A stretch of DNA of 58,750 nucleotides from Minisyncoccota bacterium (GTDB lineage Bacteria > Patescibacteriota > Minisyncoccia > UBA6257 > Brennerbacteraceae). Made by a program: the position numbers and the translations under genes. A model generated the notes under the pieces. It made no database searches. It saw only the letters and a list, made by a program, of their open reading frames with translations, and had not been told where the DNA came from. Of this stretch, positions 44,146 to 53,558 are shown piece by piece (position 1 is the first letter of the stretch; each line of letters starts with the position of its first letter). The stretch is from positions 28,924 through 87,673 of the forward strand of contig DAOTOJ010000001.1 of NCBI GenBank assembly GCA_035451285.1, written 5' to 3'.

Positions 44146-45409
44146 ATTTAAGATTTTTATTGGACTAATGATAATTTTGATTATTCCTTTTTGGGGTTTA
44201 AAAGCCCAACAAGATAATTCAACCAATACCACAATACAAACTGCTACTAATGAAGTTGATGATTTAAAGCAGCAAATTCAGCAAAAACAGCAAGAAATTG
44301 AAAAATTGCAAAAAGAAGCTGAACAATATCGAGCTTCTTTAAATGAATCAAGTTCAATGGCTAAAACTTTAAATGCTGAAATTTCAAGAATTAATAAAAA
44401 GATAAAATCTTTAGAATATGAAATAACTATTAATCAAAAGAAAATTGAGGAAGCTCAGCTTAAAATTAGAGATCTAAATAATAATATCAATCAGACTAAA
44501 AATAATATTGAAGAAAATAGAAAAATCTTAGCCGAGTTAGTTCAAACATTAAACGAACTTGACAATCAAAACAATTTAGTTGTTTTACTAAAAATCAGCA
44601 ACCTTTCTGATTATTTTAGCCAATTAGCTTATGTTGAAAATCTGCAAGCAAAGCTTATAGAAAAAACAACTTTTTTAGCTAAGTTGAATGAGACCTTAAA
44701 CGACTCTCTTAACCAATCAGAAGAGCTAAAAAAACAATATGAAAACTTCCAAAAGGATTTAACTGCTCAAAAAGAAATAACTAGCGATATCCAAGAAGAA
44801 AAAGATCAACTATTAAAAGAAACTAAAAATAAAGAAGCGACTTATCAGTCTTTATTAAACCAAACAATTAAAAAACAACAAGAAGTTGAAAAAGAAATTG
44901 AAAAATTAGAAGCTGAATTGCGTGCTAAAACTGATTACTCAGCTTTGCCAAGTGGCAAATTCTTTATTTGGCCTGTAACTGGTGGTTATTTAACCCAAGA
45001 CTATGGTACGGTGCCTTTAGGAAGCGATACTAGAAAATTTTATAGTTTTCATAATGGAATCGATATTGGTTCAAAATCTGGAATAGGAACCCCAATTTTA
45101 GCAGCAGCTGATGGCAAGGTAATAGCAATAGGCAATGATGGTAAATATGCTTATGGAAAATGGATAGCTATTGATCACCATAATGGTTTTGTCACTCTTT
45201 ATGGCCATCTTTCCTTAGTTTCAGTAAGTGTTGGCCAAAACGTCAAACAAGGCGAAAGGATAGGTTATATGGGGCAAACTGGCTTAGCAACTGGTCCACA
45301 TCTTCATTTTACAGTTTATACTAGAGAAAGTTTTAAAACTGAAAGCAGGTGGTATGGACTTTTACCTTTTGGAGCAGCTGTAAATCCTATGGACTATACA
45401 GTGAAATAA
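44120..45409 (+). CDS. Secreted coiled-coil protein with a C-terminal M23 (LytM/EnvC-like) peptidase domain
   Basis: Signal/TM segment followed by about 230 aa of Gln/Glu/Lys coiled coil. M23 motifs FHNGIDIG (HxxxD) and GPHLHFTVY (HxH). Confidence 0.87.
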   Translation: MPSIFWKNKFKIFIGLMIILIIPFWGLKAQQDNSTNTTIQTATNEVDDLKQQIQQKQQEIEKLQKEAEQYRASLNESSSMAKTLNAEISRINKKIKSLEYEITINQKKIEEAQLKIRDLNNNINQTKNNIEENRKILAELVQTLNELDNQNNLVVLLKISNLSDYFSQLAYVENLQAKLIEKTTFLAKLNETLNDSLNQSEELKKQYENFQKDLTAQKEITSDIQEEKDQLLKETKNKEATYQSLLNQTIKKQQEVEKEIEKLEAELRAKTDYSALPSGKFFIWPVTGGYLTQDYGTVPLGSDTRKFYSFHNGIDIGSKSGIGTPILAAADGKVIAIGNDGKYAYGKWIAIDHHNGFVTLYGHLSLVSVSVGQNVKQGERIGYMGQTGLATGPHLHFTVYTRESFKTESRWYGLLPFGAAVNPMDYTVK

Positions 45410-45411
45410 AA

Positions 45412-45777
45412 ATGAATAAAAATTTAATTATTATTATTTTCCAAATTATATTGGTAATTTTTATTGGCCCGGCTTTAGCTCAGGAAGATAATTTAGATAA
45501 TTTATTGAATAAACCAGTTCCGACAACTACTAATTTTATTGAAAATTTTAAAATTAAATTTAACTCTGTAATCAATTTTTTTAAAGGGATAGCCAACCAA
45601 ATAATTAACTGGGGAATTCAAAATAGTATAATTTTCAAAATTCAAGAATTTTTAAAATACTTTTTTAATTATTTAGCTTCGGAAATAAAACAAGGTTTTG
45701 AAAATTTTTTAAATTATTTTGATTCATTTATAAAAATGATTTTTCAAAACTTACCCCATACCATAGAAACAAAATAA
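45412..45777 (+). CDS. Small secreted or membrane-anchored hypothetical protein
   Basis: The ATG at 45412 gives MNKNLIIIIFQIILVIFIGPALAQ, a signal-peptide-like N-terminus. The ORF-track start at 45349 lies inside the M23 gene. Confidence 0.5.
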   Translation: MNKNLIIIIFQIILVIFIGPALAQEDNLDNLLNKPVPTTTNFIENFKIKFNSVINFFKGIANQIINWGIQNSIIFKIQEFLKYFFNYLASEIKQGFENFLNYFDSFIKMIFQNLPHTIETK

Positions 45778-45788
45778 ATTAATAGTTC

Positions 45789-45817
45789 TTGACTAATTTT
45801 TTATTTAGTAATATGAT
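45789..45817 (+). promoter_or_regulatory. Promoter candidate TTGACT-17-TATGAT upstream of the recombinase gene
   Basis: TTGACT at 45789-45794 and TATGAT at 45812-45817. This implies a 5' UTR of roughly 80 nt. Confidence 0.4.
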
Positions 45818-45901
45818 ATATTTATCTTCAATTAAGATAGCTTAAACGAAGTATAGATGCCCAATATCTTCCCTATCATAAGATTAAGCTAATATAAAAC
45901 A

Positions 45902-46834
45902 ATGAAAACAATTATTGAATACATTCCTGATTTTTTAGAATATTGCGAAATAGAAAAAAATTTATCTGATAAATCAATTAAAAATTATGATGAGTTTTTA
46001 AAGCCTTTTAAAGAATGGCTTATTCTAAATAATCTCAAAGAATTAAAACCCAACGAATTAACCAAAGATCATATTTGGGACTATCGTTTATATCTTTCAA
46101 GAACTAAAAAGTTATCAAAAACTACTCAAAACTATTACCTAATAGCTTTAAGAAACCTTTTAAATTATTTTGCTGAGTACGATATTCCCTCTTTAGCTAC
46201 CAATAAAGTAAAACTTTCCAGGGTAACTATGAAAGAGAAAAAAATAAAATTTTTAGATTTAGAACAAATTGAAAAATTATTACTGGCTCCAGATATTTCA
46301 ACTTTGATTGGTTTGCGGGATAAAGCAATTTTGGAAGTTTTATTTTCAACAGGACTAAGGGTTGCCGAACTTGTTTCTTTAAATAGAAATCAATTTGATT
46401 TTAAAAACATTGATTTAAATCACGATTATGAACTGATGATTATTGGTAAAGGTGGTTATTCCCGGACGGTTTATTTTTCTCCCCGCTCTTTAGAATTTTT
46501 AAAACTTTATTTAGAAAAAAGAACTGATAATAATCCTGCATTATTTGTAAATCATTCAAAAAATTCAAAAAATAGCAGGTTATCAATTAGAAGCGTTGAA
46601 AATATAGTTAACAAATATTCACAGCTGGCTGGTTTAAAGATCATAGCTACCCCTCATACTTTAAGGCATTCTTACGCTACTGATTTATTAACTCAAGGAG
46701 TTGATTTAAGAATGGTTCAGGAGTTTTTAGGCCATCGCAGTATTTTAACCACTCAGATTTATACCCATATAAGCAAGAAATATCTAAAAGATATTCACGA
46801 GAAATATCATGGAGGCAAAAAAATAAAAGAGTAA
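45902..46834 (+). CDS. Tyrosine site-specific recombinase, XerC/XerD family
   Basis: SAM-like N-domain. Catalytic R..HxxR..Y set ([36 protein letters not shown]). Confidence 0.88.
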   Translation: MKTIIEYIPDFLEYCEIEKNLSDKSIKNYDEFLKPFKEWLILNNLKELKPNELTKDHIWDYRLYLSRTKKLSKTTQNYYLIALRNLLNYFAEYDIPSLATNKVKLSRVTMKEKKIKFLDLEQIEKLLLAPDISTLIGLRDKAILEVLFSTGLRVAELVSLNRNQFDFKNIDLNHDYELMIIGKGGYSRTVYFSPRSLEFLKLYLEKRTDNNPALFVNHSKNSKNSRLSIRSVENIVNKYSQLAGLKIIATPHTLRHSYATDLLTQGVDLRMVQEFLGHRSILTTQIYTHISKKYLKDIHEKYHGGKKIKE

Positions 46835-46835
46835 T

Positions 46836-47021
46836 TTAATTTTCTTGCCAAAATTCAGGGGGACAATTAATATTAATAGCCTGCTCTTGGTAATATTTGC
46901 TTCCCAAAATTACTCCAATAGCGAAAGACAAAGCAACTAATAAAAACATAATTATCCCCAAAATAATATCTTCCCTATTATTAAACCAAAAATCTGTTAT
47001 TTGTTTCTTGAATTTTTCCAT
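46836..47021 (-). CDS. Small membrane protein (hypothetical)
   Basis: 61-aa ORF with one TM helix (IILGIIMFLLVALSFAIGVILG). Its stop is 1 nt from the recombinase stop. Confidence 0.4.
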   Translation of the reverse strand: MEKFKKQITDFWFNNREDIILGIIMFLLVALSFAIGVILGSKYYQEQAININCPPEFWQEN

Positions 47022-47071
47022 AAAAAATGATATAATAATATATTATACATTAATTTAATTTATTAATAAAT

Positions 47072-47344
47072 ATGGCTCATACTAAAGCTGGTGGTTCTAC
47101 AAAATTGGGTAGAGATTCTGCCCCGAAATATTTAGGCGTAAAAATTTCAGACGGTCAATACGCTCGAAGTGGCAATATTATTGTTAGGCAACGCGGAACT
47201 CATTTTAGAGCTGGAAAAGGAGTTAAAAAAGGGGCTGATGATACCTTATATGCCCAAAAAGAAGGAACTGTCAAATTTAGAAAAAAAATAGTTACTAATT
47301 TTTCTGGAGCAAAAAAGAAGACTACTATTGTAGAAATTATTTAG
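47072..47344 (+). CDS. rpmA: 50S ribosomal protein L27
   Basis: [24 protein letters not shown]...[11 protein letters not shown] is the canonical L27 sequence. Confidence 0.95.
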   Translation: MAHTKAGGSTKLGRDSAPKYLGVKISDGQYARSGNIIVRQRGTHFRAGKGVKKGADDTLYAQKEGTVKFRKKIVTNFSGAKKKTTIVEII

Positions 47345-47365
47345 TTTTTAATTTTAAAATTATTG

Positions 47366-47391
47366 AAAACAAGGATTTATTAGCTTGTTTT
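47366..47391. terminator. Hairpin terminator between convergent rpmA and rplI
   Basis: AAAACAAG-(10 nt)-CTTGTTTT followed by a T-run on the + strand. It ends 1 nt from the rplI stop codon. Confidence 0.5.
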
Positions 47392-47392
47392 T

Positions 47393-47839
47393 TTATTTTT
47401 GATAATCTATTTCAATATTTAAGATTGCTTTCTCTCCCCTACCAAGATCTATTTCTACCTCGTGATTCCCTTTTTCTTTCAAAGAATGTTTTAAATTAAT
47501 AGCCTCTAAAGGAAGATTTATCTTATATTGACTAAGATAATCTTTTATGTTCTTCTTATTAAGAGCTTCTACTACTCCCCCGTTTTTATCTAATTTTAGC
47601 TTTGTTTCCATTTTTAATTTCGAAATCAGTTCTTTGGTTTCTTGTATTTTTTTTATTGTTTCTTGAAGGTTTTGTTCCATTTTTCGTTTAGCTTGCTCTA
47701 CTTTAATAGTATTTTGTTTATTAGCTATAACTGCTAACTTTGAAGGCAGGAGATAATTTCTAGCGAACCCATCTTTAACTTCTTTTATCTCGCCTTTTTT
47801 GCCAATTCCTTTGATATTTTGAGTTAAAATTACTTTCAT
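47393..47839 (-). CDS. rplI: 50S ribosomal protein L9
   Basis: MKVILTQNIKGIGKKGEIKEVKDGFARNYLLP is the canonical L9 N-domain. 148 aa. Confidence 0.9.
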   Translation of the reverse strand: MKVILTQNIKGIGKKGEIKEVKDGFARNYLLPSKLAVIANKQNTIKVEQAKRKMEQNLQETIKKIQETKELISKLKMETKLKLDKNGGVVEALNKKNIKDYLSQYKINLPLEAINLKHSLKEKGNHEVEIDLGRGEKAILNIEIDYQK

Positions 47840-47851
47840 ATATTTAAATAT

Positions 47852-49087
47852 TTAAAGAGAATTTATTACTTCGATTGCTTTTTCTAATTGTAAATCTTTA
47901 TCAGTTGATGTTGAATTTTGAATTTCAATATCAGGCACTATTCCAGTTTCGTTAATATCTGTCTCGTTAGGGGTTAGCCATTTAGCAATTGTTAATTTTA
48001 AAGAGGCTGATTTATCTAAAGGAATTAATTCTTGAATAGTTCCTTTACCAAAGGTTTTTTCTCCGATAATCTTTATCCCTCTATTGTCTCTTAAGGCTCC
48101 TGCTAAAATTTCGCTTGCTGAAGCTGATCCATTATTTACCAAAACAACTACTTTATAATTTGAAAAAAGACCTAGCCCATTAGTTGTACAATTTTCGCAT
48201 ACAAAAGTATTAGTTCCGTCATTTTCTTTGGCAACTACTGATCCTTTAGGCATAAACCAACCAGCAATTTCAATAGCGCTATCAAAATAACCCCCAGGAT
48301 TGTCTCGCAAGTCTAAAATTATTTTATTTTTTCCTGAAAAGAAAATTTTAAGTGCTTCTTTTCTAAATTCGCTAACTGCTGGCTCATAAAAATTATGAAT
48401 TTTTAAAAGCGCAATATTGTTGTCTAAGTATTCGCTTTCAACCGAAGTAATTTTTATTACATCTCTTATAATTTCAACTTGATTTCTGCCGTTTTCATTT
48501 TCAATAGTTAAAACAACTTTGGTTCCTTTTAAACCCCTAATTAACTTTTGAGCCTCTGAAAGAGATATATTATTAGTTGATTTACCATCTATTTCTAGAA
48601 TTCTATCTCCTGCTTTTAAACCAGCTTTTTCTGCCGGAGTATCCTTCAAGGGCGCAATGACAGTTAAAACTCCATCTTGTAAGCCCATTTCTATTCCAAT
48701 ACCTTCAAATTTTCCAGAGATTTCGCTTTGAAAATCGCTATTTTCGTCAGGAGTCATAAATTCAGAGTAAGGATCATTTAGGGAATCAACCATTCCTCTT
48801 AAAGCGCCATAAAATAAATCTTCTTCTGAAATTTGATTTTTAAATAATGATTTTTGTTTAATGGTTTCATAAACCTTAGTTAATAGTTGGAAGTCAATAG
48901 TGCTAGTATTAATTGAGCTAACCAAAGTTGAATCAGCATTTAATAACGACTTGGAATTAGAGGAATGAGAACCAAGTATTACTCCAAGAGCAAAGAAAAT
49001 AATAACTAAGATTCCAACTTCAGCTATTTTTACTAAGTTGTTTTTATTTTTTTTCAGATTGTCTTTAAAATTTATTCTTAACTGCAT
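47852..49087 (-). CDS. S41-family carboxy-terminal processing protease (PDZ-containing)
   Basis: N-terminal TM and a PDZ domain (GIGIEMG...PAEKAGLKAGDRILEIDG). Ser/Lys dyad context (NNGSASASEILAGAL; FGKGTIQ). Confidence 0.87.
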   Translation of the reverse strand: MQLRINFKDNLKKNKNNLVKIAEVGILVIIFFALGVILGSHSSNSKSLLNADSTLVSSINTSTIDFQLLTKVYETIKQKSLFKNQISEEDLFYGALRGMVDSLNDPYSEFMTPDENSDFQSEISGKFEGIGIEMGLQDGVLTVIAPLKDTPAEKAGLKAGDRILEIDGKSTNNISLSEAQKLIRGLKGTKVVLTIENENGRNQVEIIRDVIKITSVESEYLDNNIALLKIHNFYEPAVSEFRKEALKIFFSGKNKIILDLRDNPGGYFDSAIEIAGWFMPKGSVVAKENDGTNTFVCENCTTNGLGLFSNYKVVVLVNNGSASASEILAGALRDNRGIKIIGEKTFGKGTIQELIPLDKSASLKLTIAKWLTPNETDINETGIVPDIEIQNSTSTDKDLQLEKAIEVINSL

Positions 49088-49090
49088 AAT

Positions 49091-49636
49091 TTAAAATTTA
49101 ATTGTTTTTAGAATTTCATATTCTGCCCCAGTTCTTTTTAAATTACTTTTCCAAAATTCGATTTTATTTATTTCTACCTCTGGGGTTAATTTTATTGGCA
49201 AAATATTAAGCCAGTTTTTATTAAAAAATTTAAATCTAGCTAGGGTTAAGTGAATTATTTCTTCTCTATTTATAATTCTTTCTAATTTAAATTCTGCGCT
49301 TAAAGTTTTAATAATTTTCTCTTTAAGGGATATAAATTCTTGGTTTTTATCAAAGACTAACCAGATCATTCGATAATTAGAATCAAATGGAGCAAAAGCA
49401 ATTCTATTGGCTTTTAATTTAAATTTCTCCAGCTGTAAATTGGCAATTAGTTCAATCATTCTATTTAATTCTGAATCGTTAAGATATTGGGGTGGTACAA
49501 CTGTCAAATGCCAATAATCTTCACTGGTAAATCTAATTTCTTTGAGTTTGGGCTTAATATTTGAAAGAACTTTACCGATTTCTTGTTTAAATTTTTCTTC
49601 TAAAGGAATAGCTAAAAATATCCTTTTTTTATCCAT
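49091..49636 (-). CDS. thpR: 2H-phosphoesterase, 2'-5' RNA ligase / RNA 2',3'-cyclic phosphodiesterase (ThpR/LigT-like)
   Basis: Two HxT motifs (WHLTVVPP and IHLTLARF) at typical spacing. 181 aa. Confidence 0.72.
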   Translation of the reverse strand: MDKKRIFLAIPLEEKFKQEIGKVLSNIKPKLKEIRFTSEDYWHLTVVPPQYLNDSELNRMIELIANLQLEKFKLKANRIAFAPFDSNYRMIWLVFDKNQEFISLKEKIIKTLSAEFKLERIINREEIIHLTLARFKFFNKNWLNILPIKLTPEVEINKIEFWKSNLKRTGAEYEILKTIKF

Positions 49637-49668
49637 AACTCTATTATATAATATTATATCATACTCTT

Positions 49669-50070
49669 ATGGACGAAAATAGTAAAGAATTAATTCCTAA
49701 AAAGCGTAAAAATCAAGAGATTTTGGATTTTATTCTTTTTCTAAAAAAGAAACTAAATGATGAAGAAACTAAAAATTACGGGCTTTATATGAAGCTTTAT
49801 AAAGAAAACGGCAAAGAAAAAATGCTGGAAGCGCTATCTTTAACTTTAAAAAGAAATCCTCAAGAAAAGTTCAGATATTTTTTATCTTTATTAGTCAAAT
49901 CGGAAAAGCAAAAACAACTAATAAAAGATTATCAAAAATTAAGAAGAAATTTAGCCAAAAAATTTACTCCCCAATACCAAAGAAGAGCCAGTGAAAGAAC
50001 GAAAATTCAAAACCAGATTTCTAAAACCGAAAGGAAAATAAAAAATAAAAAAATAAAAAATGGATTATAA
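49669..50070 (+). CDS. Hypothetical highly basic protein
   Basis: 133-aa Lys/Arg-rich ORF overlapping the def start by 11 nt. No motif recognised. Confidence 0.5.
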   Translation: MDENSKELIPKKRKNQEILDFILFLKKKLNDEETKNYGLYMKLYKENGKEKMLEALSLTLKRNPQEKFRYFLSLLVKSEKQKQLIKDYQKLRRNLAKKFTPQYQRRASERTKIQNQISKTERKIKNKKIKNGL

Positions 50071-50536
50071 AATTATTATAGGCAAAGATAGTAGAATTTT
50101 GAGGAAAAAAGCCCAAGATGTTAAGGAAGTCAATAAAGAAATTAGAAGTTTAATCGAAGAAATGAGAAGAATTATGAAAGAAAATGATGGTATAGGGTTA
50201 GCAGCTCCTCAAATAGGAGTTGATTTAAATTTATTTGTGGCAGAAATAGATTATGATAAAAATAAAAAAGGAAAATTTTATGCCTTGATTAATCCTAAAA
50301 TTGTATCAAAATCAGAAGCAACTGAAATCGTTGAAGAAGGTTGTCTGTCTTTGCCAAAAGAATTCGGAGAAGTTGAAAGAAGCAAAAGAGTCACAGTCGT
50401 AGGTCTAAACGAATTTGGCAGAAAAGTTAAAATAAAGGCTGAAGGCTTATTAGCGAGAGTGTTTCAGCACGAAATAGATCATTTAAATGGAGCTTTATTT
50501 ATTGATAAAGCGTCTAAAATTAGAAAAGAAAAATAA
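50060..50536 (+). CDS. def: Peptide deformylase
   Basis: GLAAPQIG, EGCLS and HEIDHLNG motifs. Confidence 0.93.
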   Translation: MDYKIIIGKDSRILRKKAQDVKEVNKEIRSLIEEMRRIMKENDGIGLAAPQIGVDLNLFVAEIDYDKNKKGKFYALINPKIVSKSEATEIVEEGCLSLPKEFGEVERSKRVTVVGLNEFGRKVKIKAEGLLARVFQHEIDHLNGALFIDKASKIRKEK

Positions 50537-50541
50537 TAAAA

Positions 50542-51474
50542 ATGAATTTTATATTTTTTGGTTCTGGAAAATTTTCGTGGATTATTTTAGAAGAGCTTCT
50601 AGAAAATAATTACCAGCCAAGTTTACTAATTACTATTCCTAGTAAAACTAATCAAAAAGGAAAAATAATCCCCCTATTTTTTAAAGAAAAAACAAAGGAA
50701 TTAGGCTTCAAAATTTTAGAGCCTCAATCTTTAAAAGATGAAAAAGTAAATGAAACCATAAAAGAAAATCAACCTCAATTTGGAATAGTTGCTCAATATG
50801 GCAAAATTATTCCTAAAAATATTATTGATTTATTTAAGTTTGGAATTTTAAATGTTCATCCTTCGCTTTTGCCAAAATACCGGGGAGCAAATCCAATCCA
50901 AAATGTTCTGTATAACGGAGAAAAACTAACCGGGGTGTCAATTATTTTAATAGATGAATTAATAGATCACGGACCAATTTTGGCCCAAAAAGAAATTACG
51001 ATTGATCAAAACGATGATTTTGAAAGTTTGTATTTAAAATCAGCGGAGATTTCTAAAAATTTATTAGTTGAAACATTAAATTTATATTTAGCTAACAAAA
51101 TTATCCCCAAACCTCAAGACGATAGCGAGGCAACTTTTTGTAGAAAATTTCAAAAAGAAGATTGTTGGATAAATTTAAGTGACGAAGCACTAAAGATTTA
51201 TAACCAAATAAGAGCTTTGAGTTTCGAACCCGGTTGTTTTTTAGAATTTTTTTTGAAAAACAACCAGAAGTTAGTAGTTAAAATTATCAAAGCCAAATTA
51301 ATAGATCAAAATACTTTAAATAGTAATCCGGGAGTAAAAGAAATTAAAAAAGAGCTGTATTTGATGCCTAAAAAGGGTTTGATTTTAATAGAAAAAATAC
51401 AGCCTTTAGGAAAAAGAGTAATGGCTGGCTCTGAATTTCTTAATGGTTATAGGCAAAAATTAATTATGCTTTAG
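50542..51474 (+). CDS. fmt: Methionyl-tRNA formyltransferase
   Basis: NVHPSLLPKYRGANPIQ motif and the def-fmt gene order. Confidence 0.9.
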   Translation: MNFIFFGSGKFSWIILEELLENNYQPSLLITIPSKTNQKGKIIPLFFKEKTKELGFKILEPQSLKDEKVNETIKENQPQFGIVAQYGKIIPKNIIDLFKFGILNVHPSLLPKYRGANPIQNVLYNGEKLTGVSIILIDELIDHGPILAQKEITIDQNDDFESLYLKSAEISKNLLVETLNLYLANKIIPKPQDDSEATFCRKFQKEDCWINLSDEALKIYNQIRALSFEPGCFLEFFLKNNQKLVVKIIKAKLIDQNTLNSNPGVKEIKKELYLMPKKGLILIEKIQPLGKRVMAGSEFLNGYRQKLIML

Positions 51475-51486
51475 TTTCATAAATAA

Positions 51487-52581
51487 TTATTTTTTGCTGT
51501 ATTTTGAAACATTTAAAAGTAAAGCATAAGCCCAAAGACAGCTTATTAAAGAAGAGCCTCCATAACTAAAAAATGGCAAAGGTATTCCGGAAACTGGCAA
51601 AAGATCAAGATTAACCATAATATTAAATAAAAATTGAAAACCTATCCAAAAAGTTATTCCTCCAGCTAATAATTTGTTAAACATTTCCCTGTTTAATCTG
51701 GCAATTTTAAACCCTTGATAAATAAACAACCCAATACTAATTAATAAAATACTTACTCCCATAAATCCAGTTTCTTCTGCCCAAATTGCAAATATGGTAT
51801 CATTCATTGCTTCTGGTAAAAAGGCGTATTTTTGTTTAGAATTTCCAAGCCCCACACCCCTTAAGCCACCAGAACCGATCCCTATAAGAGATTGGGTAAC
51901 TTGATATCGAGCTCCCTCAATATCTTGTTCTGGATTACGAAAAGCGATAATTCTTTCGAATCTATAGGGTTCAACAATGGCAAATATTAAAAGCAAAATA
52001 AAAACTGGTACAGTGATTAATATCAAATTTTTCCAAGAAACGCCAGCTGTAAATAATATTGAAAAAGCTATTAGAACCGTAATTACTAAAACGCCTAATG
52101 AACTTTGTAAAATTAAGATTCCCGATGAAATTATAATTATGATAAGAAATGGCAAAATGGTATTAGCAAAGTTATTGATTTTTGCTTGGTTTTTGGAAAA
52201 AAACGAAGCTAAATAAATTATTAGGGCCAGTTTAAAAAATTCAGATGGCTGAATAGTAAAGTTTCCCAACTCTATCCAGCGTCTAGCGCCGTTTAATTCT
52301 ATTCCCAATCCCGGAACAAAGACTAGAAGCATTGAAGCAAATCCCAAAATAATTATCCACAAGGAATATTTTTTTAAAAAATTTAATTTTATAAAATATA
52401 AAATTATTCCCCCAATAATTCCTACACCAAGAAATAATAATTGTCTTTTCAAATAATAAAGGGGGTCGTTAAAAGTAGTTTCCCCCTTAAAAGAAGAAGC
52501 GTTATACAGAGTAAATAAGCCCAAAATTAAAAAAATAGCTAATAAAATCATTAATAAAGTGTCTGGATTATGGGTTTTCAT
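51487..52581 (-). CDS. SEDS-family peptidoglycan glycosyltransferase (FtsW/RodA/SpoVE)
   Basis: Polytopic membrane protein with RWIELGNFTIQPSEFFKLALIIYLA and C-terminal PLPFFSYGGSS motifs. Confidence 0.9.
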   Translation of the reverse strand: MKTHNPDTLLMILLAIFLILGLFTLYNASSFKGETTFNDPLYYLKRQLLFLGVGIIGGIILYFIKLNFLKKYSLWIIILGFASMLLVFVPGLGIELNGARRWIELGNFTIQPSEFFKLALIIYLASFFSKNQAKINNFANTILPFLIIIIISSGILILQSSLGVLVITVLIAFSILFTAGVSWKNLILITVPVFILLLIFAIVEPYRFERIIAFRNPEQDIEGARYQVTQSLIGIGSGGLRGVGLGNSKQKYAFLPEAMNDTIFAIWAEETGFMGVSILLISIGLFIYQGFKIARLNREMFNKLLAGGITFWIGFQFLFNIMVNLDLLPVSGIPLPFFSYGGSSLISCLWAYALLLNVSKYSKK

Positions 52582-52627
52582 AATTTATTTTAATTATAAT
52601 ATAACATTGTTTATAAAAAAATGGACC

Positions 52628-53440
52628 TTAAAATTCACAATTATTAGCTTTTTTCCAACCAGCATCTAAAGCCTCCCCCTCGCTGCAAAACCATTTTTCT
52701 CCGCGATTTTCATCAATTTTTGTTTGAAAATAAGATTGGCAATTTGGTAAATGATAAATTTTTTCTCCTTCGCTATTAATATTTCCTTTAATATTGCAAC
52801 CTGCAATTATTGGCATTGGAGAAATAATCGGACTATTAGTTTCGTTATTAGTTGGACAATTTCCCCATAATCCCCTTTTGTTTTCCCTTGCTTCTTTTTC
52901 TGCTTCTAAAAATAAATCATGGTATTTTACATCTGGCGGATAAGTTGCAACCTGCGCATAACCTTGCTTGATTAATTCTAAATTAACAAAAGCGTCATCG
53001 GTATAAACATAGCGCAATAATCTACCATATTTATCAATTTCTGAAATATCTTTTTCTAAGACGACTTTTTTATTTAAAACCAGTTCTTTATTTTTTAAGC
53101 TAGCTTCTTTTCCAAAACATTCAACCGGTTTTCTAGGATCAACTGATTCCGGGGTATTGATTCCGAGATATCTAACTCTTTCGCCATTTTCCAATTCAAT
53201 AGTATCTCCGTCAATTACTCGAGTTACTAATAAACCAGAAGAATTATTAATATCGCTTGTAGAATTTAAAGCATTAGAATTTTCAATAACTTGGTTTGTT
53301 AATGGTTGAATGGAAAATTCTTGGTTACTTTCTATAGATATTGGTTTGTTAGCTTTAGTTATTAAAACTCCAGTAGTAATTATTAAAACTAAGATTAATG
53401 CTTTTGAATAGATTTTATTTTTAAATGGCAATTTAACCAT
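52628..53440 (-). CDS. Membrane-anchored or secreted thermonuclease (SNase fold) with a C-terminal Cys-rich module
   Basis: VTRVIDGDTIELENGERVRYLGINTPE and GRLLRYVY...EAEKEARENKRGLW are SNase hallmarks. The C-terminus is GCNIKGNINSEGEKIYHLPNCQSY...WFCSEGEALDAGWKKANNC. Confidence 0.85.
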   Translation of the reverse strand: MVKLPFKNKIYSKALILVLIITTGVLITKANKPISIESNQEFSIQPLTNQVIENSNALNSTSDINNSSGLLVTRVIDGDTIELENGERVRYLGINTPESVDPRKPVECFGKEASLKNKELVLNKKVVLEKDISEIDKYGRLLRYVYTDDAFVNLELIKQGYAQVATYPPDVKYHDLFLEAEKEARENKRGLWGNCPTNNETNSPIISPMPIIAGCNIKGNINSEGEKIYHLPNCQSYFQTKIDENRGEKWFCSEGEALDAGWKKANNCEF

Positions 53441-53490
53441 TAGAAATATTATATCATTTAATAAATAGCTCTAAGAGAATTCGAAAGATA

Positions 53491-53518
53491 TTGAAAAAAA
53501 ACTCAAAAATGTTATACT
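53491..53518 (+). promoter_or_regulatory. Extended -10 promoter TTGAAA-16-(TGt)TATACT for the efflux operon
   Basis: TTGAAA at 53491-53496, TG at 53510-53511, and TATACT at 53513-53518. Confidence 0.45.
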
Positions 53519-53558
53519 TTTAAAGCGTCCTCTTTAAATTAAATATTAATTATGTTCT

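Noticed and set aside
51977-52216. 79-aa + strand ORF inside the SEDS (FtsW/RodA) gene.
   Set aside because: It is antisense to a supported polytopic membrane protein gene.
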